NCBI GenBank assembly: GCA_963843375.1
Contig: CAWJKT010000004.1
Location: forward strand, 448,001 to 512,000
Length of the DNA: 64,000 nt
Direction of reading: 5' to 3'
Origin: an uncultured Pseudomonadota bacterium
Lineage (GTDB): Bacteria; Oederibacteriota; Muellerivitia; Muellerivitales; Muellerivitaceae
Shown piece by piece: positions 9,307 to 19,173 of the stretch. The notes below the pieces were generated by a model that was not told the origin of the DNA, did not search any database, and worked only from the letters and a program-made list of their open reading frames with translations. A program made the position numbers and the translations under genes. Each line of letters begins with the position of its first letter. Position 1 is the stretch's first letter.

Positions 9307-9435
9307 TTAACTACAATTCTAAATCAAAACCGAAAAAGGCTGACAGGTTCAAATCGCGGCGGGGAATCGAAATTTTTGACGGCGATAGTGGGAGTCGACT
9401 TTAATTCGGGAATCTCTCTCCTCTATGGACGTACC

Positions 9436-9460
9436 GGGTCGGCTTCCCAAAGGCCGACCC
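9436..9460. other. GC-rich hairpin in the 5' leader of 9531
   Basis: gggtcggc ... gccgaccc 8-bp stem followed by gccttatttt. Confidence 0.35.
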
Positions 9461-9530
9461 GCCTTATTTTGGGAAAAAGGACCTGGAATTTCGGCCCTTA
9501 AACATCCTTCGTTGAGAAAGCGTTGGAACC

Positions 9531-9749
9531 ATGACGAAGCACCACTATGAACATCAGCACACGTCGTACCCGGAACCGGAGATCAGTGAGGTCCGCGGTC
9601 CCTATTGGCGGCGTGCGCACCGCGATTGGCGTTTTTTGGCCGTGGTGTTCCTGATGCTCGTCTGCATTCTAGTTTACGTATTCACCGGCGATTTCGCATG
9701 GACGTCCCACGGACACGCTGTTGCGATCTTGGCCCCCAGTGGAAACTAA
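9531..9749 (+). CDS. Small single-TM membrane protein
   Basis: His-rich N-terminus, PYWRRAHRDWRF then one hydrophobic helix. Confidence 0.65.
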   Translation: MTKHHYEHQHTSYPEPEISEVRGPYWRRAHRDWRFLAVVFLMLVCILVYVFTGDFAWTSHGHAVAILAPSGN

Positions 9750-9839
9750 TGTGGTTTTACAAGAGATTTCCCGTTTAGAAAATATTCAGATCACTTTTGA
9801 ATTAACGGCTCGAAAATCCCCGAACCAGACGGGTGCGCC

Positions 9840-12690
9840 GTGACTTTATCTGATGTTTCCATCAAGAATCCCGTCTTCGCCTGGATGCTCATGTTCGGGC
9901 TTATCTTCTTCGGGTTTCTTTGCTTTTCGCGCATGGGACTTTCCGAAATGCCCGACATCGACTTCCCTGTCGTCAACGTTTCCATCACCCTCCCCAACGC
10001 CTCAGCACTGATGATGGAATCGGACGTGGCTGATGTGGTCGAGGACTCGGTTTTGGGCGTGGAAGGCGTCCAGGACGTCCAAACCACCTGCACCGAGGGA
10101 AACGTCAGTATATCGGTGTTCCTCGACATCAGCCAAAACGTTGACGTGGCTGTTGCAGGACGTGCAGACCGCCGTGTTCCAGGTGGAAAAACAGCTTCCC
10201 GCCAATATCTATCCTCCCATTATCCGTAAATTAGATCCCAACAGCTCCCCTATCTTCTGGCTGGCCGTAATTGCTGACCCGCCCCTGACCTTAAGGGACA
10301 TGATGCTTTACACCCGCGATACCTGAAGGACCAATTCACCAGCCTGCCGGGGGTGGCCAGCGTGTCTTTGGGCGGGTGGATCAACCGCCAAGTCAACATC
10401 TGGGTGGACAACAATAAATTGAACGCCCGCCAGTTAACCGCCGACGAGATCGTCAACACTATTAACACCCAGCACGCGGAAGTCCCCGTTGGCTTCATGG
10501 AAACGCCCTTGACCCAGTATGAGGTCCGTTCCATGGGCGAGGTCGCCACGGTTAAGGACTTCGAGAACCTGCCCATCCTCACCCGGGGAGGAGACCCCAA
10601 TTACATTCTCACTCCCTTGAAGGATGTCGCCACCATCGAGGACGGTTTGGCCACCGTCACCCGAATTTCCCGCTTCAACGGTGTCCCCTCCTGTCGGTTT
10701 GGGACTCGTCATGCAGGACGGCTATAACGCCGTGGACTTGGGCAACGCCGCCAAGGCCAGGATGGCCAGAAGTCATCCCGCAAATGCCCAAGGGCTACCA
10801 CCTTTCCACCAATTTCGACACCACGGTTTCCATCAAGGAAAACGTTCACGAACTGGAATTGACCATCGTCCTGGCGGCGATTTTGACGGCCCTGGTCTGT
10901 TACCTGTTCCTGGGAAGTTGGTCCTCCACCTTCAACGTTTTTCTGGCCATCCCCACTTCCCTCTTCGGGACCTTCATCGTCATGTATTTCTTCGGCTTCA
11001 CCTTGAATACCTTCACCCTCCTGGCACTTTCCCTTTCCATCGGCGTGGTGGTGGACGACGCCATCATGGTGATGGAAAACATCGTGCGTCACCAGGAGGA
11101 AGGGGAGAACATGGTGGAAGCGGCCCTGAAGGGCGCCCGGGAAATCATCTTCGCCGCCGTGGCCACCTCCATCGCCATCGTGGCCATCTTCCTCCCCCTG
11201 GCCTTCATGCAGGGATCATCGGGAAGTTCATGTTCCAGTTTGGCGTTACCCTCTCGGGAGCGGTGCTAATTTCCCTTCTGGAAGCCGTCACCCTGACCCC
11301 CATGCGCTGTTCCCAATTCGTCCATGTGGCCGACGAAACGAAGGGCTTCAGCCATTTTGTGAAGACGCAAATGGGCCGCCTCATCCGCCTTTTACTCCCG
11401 GATCCTGAAATGGTGCCTCTGGTACCGTGCGGACCGGTTGATGTCCCAGGCCAGGTCCGGCAATTTGCCCTGGTTCAAATCCCTCGTTTCCAGACTTTTC
11501 TTTACCAGCCCCAAATCCCTGATAGCGGACGTACAGGAGGAGATCAAAAATCCCCAATATTCCCTGGCTCCGGTGATCTGGTTCGTCGTCGGGATGTGGT
11601 GGTATTACCGCCCTGGCTAAGGCCTGGAAACCCCTGGCCTTCGAGATCGTTGGCGCCGCTCTTCCTGTTGGTCATCCTGGTCTATCTCTGGAAGGACCGT
11701 CATTTCCTCTTTGCCCATCTTCTTTATGACCACCGGTGGTGGGTGGTCTTTGGGGCCATGGTGATTTTCGCGGGGTCCATGTTTTTGGCCAAGATCATCA
11801 AGAAGGAAATGGTGCCCTCCACGGACCAGAGCGTTTTCATGCTCAATTTGCAGCTTCCCGTGGATTATTCCATTTTCCGAACCGACGAAATCGTGAAGCA
11901 ATGCGAAGCCCTTCTCAAGGAAGCGGGGGGAAATCAAAAACCTCTACGTGGCCGTCGGGGGTTTCGGGGCAACGTCTTCCAATACAGCCTTCATGTTCAT
12001 CACAATGAAGGACCCGGGGAGAAAGGCCGGTGGCCTCCTGGGAGGAAAAATTCCAGCCCTCCGGGCCCCTGGGTTTCCTCACCAGCCTTTTTGATAATTT
12101 TCAACGCCGCGGCTGACCCAGGCGGAATTCATGGAGGTCTGCCGTAAGACGCTTAAAAAGGTTTCCCCCGACCTTCAGGTCTTCCTGGTGGACCTTTCCC
12201 AGCGCGGCCTGTCGACCGGGAAGGGCTATGCCGCGGAATTCATCGTCACCGGGCCCGATTGGGACAAACTGGCGGGCTATTCCACAGAGATCATGAAAAG
12301 CGATGAAGGCCAGTTCCATGCTGGCGGACGTGAACAACAATTACCTGTCCGGCGAGCCCGAAATCCAGGTCATTCCCGACCGGGCCAAGGCCGCCGCCCG
12401 GGGGGTGGATATTGCGGATTTGGGGACTGTGCTGGGCACCCTCATCGGCGGCTTCACTTCCCAAACGGCCTATTACCACGAGAACGGGCATGAGAATAAC
12501 ATCTTCATCCGGGTGCCGCAAGGACCAGCGCTTGAAGCCGGACGACATCAAGAAGATCTACACCCGCAACAACCGCGGGGAAATGGTGCCCATCACCGAT
12601 GTGACCACCATCCAACAGGTTCCCTCCCTCCAGCAGATCACCCGGGACAACCGCAGAGGGCCATCTTCTTCCTGGCTAACGCCGCCCCTG
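9840..12690 (+). CDS. AcrB/AcrD/AcrF-family RND permease, multiply frameshifted, truncated at the junction
   Basis: MTLSDVSIKNPVFAWMLM, PDIDFPVVNV, LALSLSIGVVVDDAIMVMENI, LTLTPMRCS-type motifs across several frames; ends at RAIFFLANAAP. Confidence 0.88.
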
Positions 12691-13421
12691 CCCACGCGCT
12701 TCTCGTCGCCGGAGACGCGCGCCGCCGCCGAGCAGGCCGCGCGCGACCTCGACGCGCCGCTCGCGATCGTGTCGATCGACGACGCGTTCGAGCGCGAGCT
12801 CGCCGGCGTCGAGAAGATGCTCCAGCCGGGCGAGGCGCTGACGCCGCTGGCGCGCCAGAACGTGCAGGCGCGCGTGCGCGCCGAGCGCATGTGGACGTGG
12901 GCCAACACCGCCGCGGGGGCTCTTCCTGCAGACGAGCAACATGAGCGAGAAGGCCGTCGGCTACACGACCATCGGCGGCGACGGCGAGGGCGCGCTCAGC
13001 GTCATCGCGAACGTGCCGAAGACGGTCGTCAACTACCTGCTCGACTGGCTGCTACGAGACGACGCGGTGCGGAGGGCATCCGCCTCACGCTGCTCAAGCC
13101 CGCCAGCGCCGAGCTCGCCGACGACCAGGAGGACGAGCGCGAGCTCATGCCGTTCCCGGTGCTCGACGCGTGCTTCGCGCTCTTCGCCGGCGAGAAGATG
13201 GCGCCCGACGAGGTGGCGCGTGGCGCTGCAGCGCGGTGTTCCCCGAGCACCCGCCCGAGCGGCTCGACGACTGGGCCGCGCGGTTCGTGCGGCTCTTCAC
13301 GGCGTCGATCTACAAGTGGGTGCAGGCGCCCATCTCGCTCCACGTGGGCAACCTCGACCTCGAGCGCGAGCGCGCGCTGCAGCTCCCCGTCGTGCAGCGC
13401 GGCGAGTGGCACAAGACGTAG
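12690..13421 (+). CDS. nadE: NAD+ synthetase, C-terminal part only (frameshifted)
   Basis: PTRFSS, QNVQARVR, SNMSEKAVGYTTIGGD, PKTVV, PASAELADDQEDE. Confidence 0.85.
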
Positions 13422-13471
13422 CTCGTTCGGCGCGCTCTTCGCCTTCCACTCGACGGGCGTGTGTCTGCGCG

Positions 13472-14010
13472 GGAGCGCCGCAAGCTTCGCCGGGACGGTG
13501 TCGTGCTTCGCCAGGAGCGCCGCAAGCTTCGCCGGGACAGTGTCGTGCTTCGCCAGGAGCGCCGCAAGCTTCGCCGGGACGGTGTCGTGCTTCGCCAGGA
13601 GCGCCGCAAGCTTCGCCGGGACGGTGTCGTGCTTCGCCAGGAGCGCCGCAAGCTTCGCCGGGACAGTGTCGTGCTTCGCCAGGAGCGCCGCAAGCTTCGC
13701 CGGGACGGTGTCGTGCTTCGCCAGGAGCGCCGCAAGCTTCGCCGGGACGGTGTCGTGCTTCGCCAGGAGCGCCGCGAGCTTCGCCGGGACGGTGTCGTCC
13801 CAGATTAGGAGAGCCGCGAGCTTCGCCGGGACGGTGTCGTCCTTGAGTAGGAGCGGAGCATGCTTCGCTGGGACGGTGTCGTCCCAGATTAGGAGAGCCG
13901 CGAGCTTCGCCGGGACGGTGTCGTCCTTGAGTAGGAGCGGAGCATGCTTCGCCGGGACGGCCTCGTCCTTGAACAGGAGCGGGGCATGCTTCGTCGGGAT
14001 GGTCTCGTGA
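13472..14010. repeat. 42-bp tandem repeat, about 13 copies, degenerating rightwards
   Basis: Unit ggagcgccgcaagcttcgccgggacggtgtcgtgcttcgcca at 42-bp period from 13472; two related 21-bp halves; no spacers. Confidence 0.95.
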
Positions 14011-14080
14011 TGGGCGCGCCCTTGGGTCGTCGGTCAGTTCGATGGTTCCGATCCTGCCCCGCCTGGTGGACAGTCTCGTC

Positions 14081-14979
14081 TCACGCTGCCTTCTTTCCGT
14101 ACTCTCGCTTCTTCTTCTCTTCAATGAATTTGTTTTCGAACTCCATCGGGCTCACGTAGCCGAGGGTCGAGTGGCGACGGTGTCGATTGTAGAAGACCTC
14201 GATGAAGTGGAAGATCGCCTCTCGCGCCTCCGCCCTGGTCGCGAAGCGACGCGGCGTAGATGCACTCAGTCTTGAGGGTGGCGAAGAAGCTCTCGGCCAC
14301 CGCGTTGTCCCAGCAGTTTCCCTTGCGGCTCATCGAGCAGGTGATGCCGTGCTCGGTCGGGGCGTTGCTGGTAGTCGTTGCTGGCGTACTGCGAACCGCG
14401 GTCGGAGTGGTGCAGCAGACCGGCGTCGGGGACGCGTCGGCCGACGGCGTCACGCAGGGCTTCGAGGACCAGGGCTGGGTCGATGTGCTCGCTCATCGCG
14501 TGGCCCACAACGCGACGCGAGAACAGGTCGAGGATCGCCGCGAGATAGAGCCAGCCCTCGTCGGTCCAGACGTAGGTGATGTCGGTCACCCAGGCGACGT
14601 CGGGCGCGTCGACCTCGAACTTCCGGTCCAGGACGTTGTCGGCGACAGGCAGCTTGTGCCCGGAGTCGGTGGTGGCCTTGAAACGGCGCTTCCTACGGCT
14701 CCTGATGCCCAGCTCGCGCATCAGACGGGCCACTCGCTTGCGGCTCACCTCCAGGCTCTTGTCGTGCAGCTCGGCGTGGATGCGGGGGCTGCCGTAGGTG
14801 TCCCCGCTGGCCTTGTCGATTGCAGCAATCTCCAGGGCGAGCTTCTGGTCGTCGAGCGCCTGCTCCGATGGGGCCCGCTGCTGCCAAGCGTAGAAGCCAC
14901 TGCGCGTGACTCCAAGGACCCTGCAAAGGATGCTCACAGGTGCCCAGGCCTTCTCCGCCGAGATGAACGCGAACTTCAC
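14081..14979 (-). CDS. IS3 transposase OrfB (DDE), frameshifted
   Basis: [46 protein letters not shown]. Confidence 0.92.
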
Positions 14980-15292
14980 GTGCTCTCCTTCGCGAAGAAG
15001 GCCGTCGCTTTTTTCAAATATCGCGCTCCAGGCGTAGCGTCTTCAGCTCGCGCTTCATGGCCGTGAACTCCTCGCGCTCCGCCGACGTGAGCGCCCCCGC
15101 TGGGCCTTTGCCCTCGTCAATCTCCGCCTGCCGCACCCACCCCCGCACCGACGTTTCGGTCAGGCCCAGGTCACGCGCAATCTGCCCGGCCGTCTTGCCG
15201 CTCTTGCGCAACAGTTCGAGTACCTCGGCCTTGTACTCCGGCGTGAAGTGCCGTCGCTTCTTCTTCTTCTTCTTCGCTGCCATGATGAACAC
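14976..15292 (-). CDS. IS3 transposase OrfA (HTH)
   Basis: RRHFTPEYKAEVLELL...IARDLGL...WVRQ; expected ending [14 protein letters not shown] is restored by one extra T. Confidence 0.9.
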
Positions 15293-15340
15293 CTCTCGGC
15301 CTGCTATCGCGGGCCATCCTGGGTGTCCACCAAGGCGGGG

Positions 15341-15817
15341 TCAAGACCACTGACAGCTCAAGACGGACCCGCCCCCGTAGGCTTCGTCCTGAGCCCCACA
15401 CACGAAGCCAGGCTGAACGCATTCGACGGAGCTCTGGCAAAGCTGCACCGTGTCCGACGAGCACGGCGCCGGCTGGCAGCTCGATGAGGTGATCTGGGTC
15501 CCCCATGACCCGGTGTAGGGGTCGCCGCAACATGCCTGTCCCGACATGCAGTCAGCGGACGTCCTGCAGTGGAGGCCAAGCACGCACGACAGGTCCGTCG
15601 TCTCCCAGGTTCCGCTGTCCGAGCACTTGAGCCACGTATCCTGGCCAAAGGGACAAATCGAGGTGCCTGGACACGAACAGAGCTCCCCGCCATCCGGCGT
15701 CGGCAGGGGGCAGTCAGGAGCCGGCTCTGCTAGGGCGCCAGACGCCTTGGCGTCAACGTTCGATGTTCCGGGGCCACTGCACGCGGTCAACGACAACGCA
15801 ATCGCCAGTCGCATCAT
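15341..15817 (-). CDS. Small Cys-rich secreted or lipoprotein
   Basis: MMRLAIALSLTAC lipobox-like start, many Cys; stop codon lies inside the IS inverted repeat. Confidence 0.6.
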   Translation of the reverse strand: MMRLAIALSLTACSGPGTSNVDAKASGALAEPAPDCPLPTPDGGELCSCPGTSICPFGQDTWLKCSDSGTWETTDLSCVLGLHCRTSADCMSGQACCGDPYTGSWGTQITSSSCQPAPCSSDTVQLCQSSVECVQPGFVCGAQDEAYGGGSVLSCQWS

Positions 15818-16068
15818 GGGGTGCATGGCTCGCCACAAGCAAAACAAGAACCGACCCGAGCGTCTCGCAATTGCCGACAGATTCAGGAGGCGCCTGTGCC
15901 AAGACGGGCCGCCACATGATCCCGACGTCGCCTTCGCGACGGTTGACTGCGGCGTCGCGCGGGCCAGGCACATGGCGTGGGCTAGACTGTGGGGCGGCCG
16001 GAACAGCAACGGCCCCCCGTAGGCCCACGGAAGCAAGAGCACGGACGACGCCGGGCCGCCCGCCTCGC

Positions 16069-17205
16069 TCACTGCGAATCCGCCACCGGGAGGGCTGCGC
16101 GGCCGACGGGGCGGCGCGTCTTTCCCTTCTCCAGACGGCGCGAAGGAAGCGACCACCGCAAGCGGGATCCAGAGCGGAAAGAGCAGGGGAATGCAGCGCG
16201 CAACGCCCGCGAAGGCCCGTAGACCGCCGGCCCGCACTCCATCGCGGCCGATCACGACGAGCCCTCCGCTCCGTGACACCCCAGACCGCGGCTGCAACTC
16301 GAACCGGGCGAGCCAGTCGAGCTGCCCGATCGCGCGGACGAGCACACGCTCCGAGGCGCGCGACGCGTCGTAGACGATCGTGCGCGCGCGCACGTCCGGG
16401 GTCGCGAAGAGCGCGTACATCGCCAGCGTCAGCCACGTGAAGCTCTCGACGCGGCTCGTCGCCTCGATCGTCAGGTGAAAGCAGACGCCCCACCAGAGGG
16501 CGAAGGCGCGCGTGCGGCGAGGCCAGAGGCCGACGCTCAGCGAGGAGCTCGGTGCCGATGGCCAGGGTCGCGAGGGCGCGGGCGCTCCCCGGCTCGGCCA
16601 GTCGATCCAGGAGCGCGCGAGGAACGCCGGCGGCGACGGCCTGGTGGCCGTAAAGGGCGAGCCGCTCCAGGACGCGGCCCGCTGCGCCAGTCCGGGTCGA
16701 GGAGCTTCGATCCTCCGGACGCGAGGTAGATGAGCGCGACCTGCACCTGCGCCAGCCGGGCGGCCCAGAGGGGACCCTCGCGCGCGGCGATCGCGGACGG
16801 TCGCAGGGCGTCAAAGAGAGGAGCAGCGCGTAGCAGACGAGCGCCCAGCGGTTGTTGTGGAACTGGAGGCGATCGCACAAGAGGACGTACGTGCCGAGAA
16901 GCGCGCTCCCGAACAGCGCCGTCCGGGTGCGGACCCCGAGGATCGCCATGGCGGCGAGGACCCCCTGCGGCGACCACGATCGCCGTGTAGACGGACCTCG
17001 GCGCGACGAGCGCTTCGGGGACGATCGGCCAGTGGAACGCGTCTCCGAAATAGCCGATGCGGAGCTCGCGCCACGGCGCGGAGGGCGGCGTGGAGCAGCA
17101 GGCCCCGAGCACCGCGCGCGCGGCGCGGAGGGCCGTCGTGTCGCCGGTCTCGTCGCGCCAGCGACGGATCGCCTCGATCGGCCCGGAGACGCCGTCACCT
17201 CACTC
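16069..17205 (-). CDS. HTTM-domain membrane protein with degenerate DCC1-like C-terminal domain (frameshifted, ends approximate)
   Basis: DRLQFHNN, AQVQVALIYLASGGSKLLDPDW, GVCFHLTIE...ESFTW, then IVYD...LDW...G.RAF...R.IPLLFPLW. Confidence 0.75.
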
Positions 17206-17208
17206 GCG

Positions 17209-17661
17209 TCAGGGACCCCGCTCATGGCTCTCGAGGGTGACCGTCGTCGGTTCGCCGCCGTTTCGCCGCACGACGACCTCCGCGCGAAGCCGCCGCGTCT
17301 GCCGGTCCTCGGGCACGTGATCGGCCACGTCGTCGAGCGCGTGGCCGAGGCGCGCGAGCTGCGTATCGACGCCGTACGAGGCGAACACGCGCACGTCGAC
17401 GGACGCGAGGATCGGATCGCGCACGCGATCGCGCCACGCGAAGTGCCGCAGCTGTCCGGCCTCGTCGCGGGCGCTCCATTCGCCCCGCGGGGCGCGCACC
17501 GAGCCGCCGGCGGTCTCGCGCCAGAGATGGATCTCGAGCGTCGAAGCCTCGGGAAACATTCGGAAGCCAAAGATGTGGTCAGGCCGCCCACCCGCCGTGC
17601 CGACGAGCGCCACCTGGGCTGCGATCCAGAGCGCCGCAAAGACCACGCGCAGTTGCCTCAC
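17209..17661 (-). CDS. Hypothetical protein, probable HTTM partner
   Basis: N-terminal TM, then DHIFGFRMFPE motif; directly upstream of and co-oriented with the HTTM gene. Confidence 0.65.
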   Translation of the reverse strand: MRQLRVVFAALWIAAQVALVGTAGGRPDHIFGFRMFPEASTLEIHLWRETAGGSVRAPRGEWSARDEAGQLRHFAWRDRVRDPILASVDVRVFASYGVDTQLARLGHALDDVADHVPEDRQTRRLRAEVVVRRNGGEPTTVTLESHERGP

Positions 17662-17724
17662 CGTGCGGACGCTAGCCGCAATGGCCGGCGCGCTGGCCAC
17701 CGATTTGCGTCGGATCCTCCCGCC

Positions 17725-19164
17725 ATGCCACGATTCGATGTGGCCGTGCGAACGCCGATCGTAGCCGCCTTGTGCCTGCTGCCCCTCGGCTGCGGCGAAG
17801 GCTCGGCCACGAAGGTCAACGGGCCGCCGCCCGACGTCGCCTTCGCGCCGCATCTCGACCGCAGGCTCGATCGGACCGTCGGGGCCTCGTCGCTCCAGCC
17901 GCTCGGCAACACGGTGCCCACGTCGACCGCCGCGAGCCCGACCGGCGCGGCGATCCCGGCGCCTCTCTCGGCGGCGCCGATCGGACACCTCGACGGCCCC
18001 GACCGCCTCGCTCGCCTCTTCCAGCGCCTTGCCGGCCTCGACGACGGGCGCGTGCACGACGACGTGCGGATCCTGCAGTTCGGCGACTCGCATACGGCGA
18101 GCGACATGGGCACCGCCGCGTTTCGCCGCCAGCTCCAGGCGCGGTTCGGCGACGGCGGCCGAGGCTTCGTCTCGATTGGGCAGGCCCTGGAAGACGTACG
18201 TGCAAGAGGGCCTGCGCGGCGGACATGACCGACCAGTTCGAGCCCGAGCGCAATCGCCTGAAGGACCCGCAGTCGGGCGGCGACGGCGTGCTTCGGTCTC
18301 CTCGGCGTCGGCATCGCCGCGTCGGCGCCGGGCGCGCGCGCCTGGACGCAGGTCGCGCCCCGCTTCTCTCGCGTGGAGTTCGACTACTGGCAGGCGCCTC
18401 GCGGCGGGAGCTTCGACGTCTTCATCGACGGCGCGCGCGCCGGCCGCGTGGCGCACGCGCTCGGCGCAGGCCGGCTCGGGCTTCTTCGCGTTCGACGTCG
18501 CCGACGCGCCCCACCAGGTCGAGGTCCGCACGGTCGGCGACGGCGAGGTCCGCGTCTTCGGCATGACGCTCGACCGCGCGCAGGCCGGCGTCGTGGTCGA
18601 CGCGCTCGGCATCAACGGGGCGCAGATCTTCACCGCGCTGCGCTGGAACGAGGACCACTTCGCCGAGCAAGTCCGCCACCAATCGCCCGATCTCGTGGTG
18701 CTCGCGTACGGCACCAACGAGGCGCTCGACCCGAAGGTCGACGACGCCGGGTACCAGCAAGGGCTCGTCGACCTCCTCGGCCGCGTGTCGCGCGCCGCGC
18801 CTGGCGCCGCCTGCATGCTGCTCGGACCTCCCGACCTTGCGCGCTGGACGAAGGGCACGCGCGGCTACCACACCGCGCCGCGCATCCTCGAGATCGAGGC
18901 CATCCAGCGGCGGGTCGCGGGCGCGGCCGGCTGCGCGTTCTATCGCAGATCGACGCCATGGGCGGCCCCGGCAGCATCGCGGCGTGGGCCGAGGAAGCGG
19001 AGCCCCGGGCGCAGGGCGATCGAACGCACCTCACGCGCATCGGCTACGCTCAGGTCGGGACGTCCCTCGCCACCGACCTCCTCCGCGCCTACGACGAGTG
19101 GCGCGCCGAGATGGGCCTTCCCCCGACCGGCGCCGACAAGACGTGGAACGTCGCCCGCCGATAG
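17725..19164 (+). CDS. SGNH/GDSL hydrolase-family lipoprotein (PatB/Ape-like), frameshifted
   Basis: LPLGC lipobox; RILQFGDSHTA, RFGDGGRGF, LGING, YGTNE, DRTHLT..GY. Confidence 0.85.
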
Positions 19165-19173
19165 CGCCGCGCA

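Larger units (their letters stand above)
14049..15349 (-). mobile_element. IS3-family insertion sequence
   Basis: About 1.3 kb; IRs TGGTCTTGACCCCGCCTTGGTGGACA and CGATCCTGCCCCGCCTGGTGGACA; orfA plus orfB; AAAAAAG slippery motif at 15008-15014. Confidence 0.92.

Noticed and set aside
13472..14010. CRISPR array
   Set aside because: Units are contiguous with no unique spacers, and no cas genes are present
12412..14010. 532-aa AcrB-NadE-repeat fusion protein
   Set aside because: Product of the junction, frameshifts and a stop-free GC-rich repeat
15341..16420. Single 359-aa HTTM/Cys-rich fusion
   Set aside because: The middle is not protein-like and the Cys-rich part has its own signal peptide; probably a frameshift hid the HTTM stop
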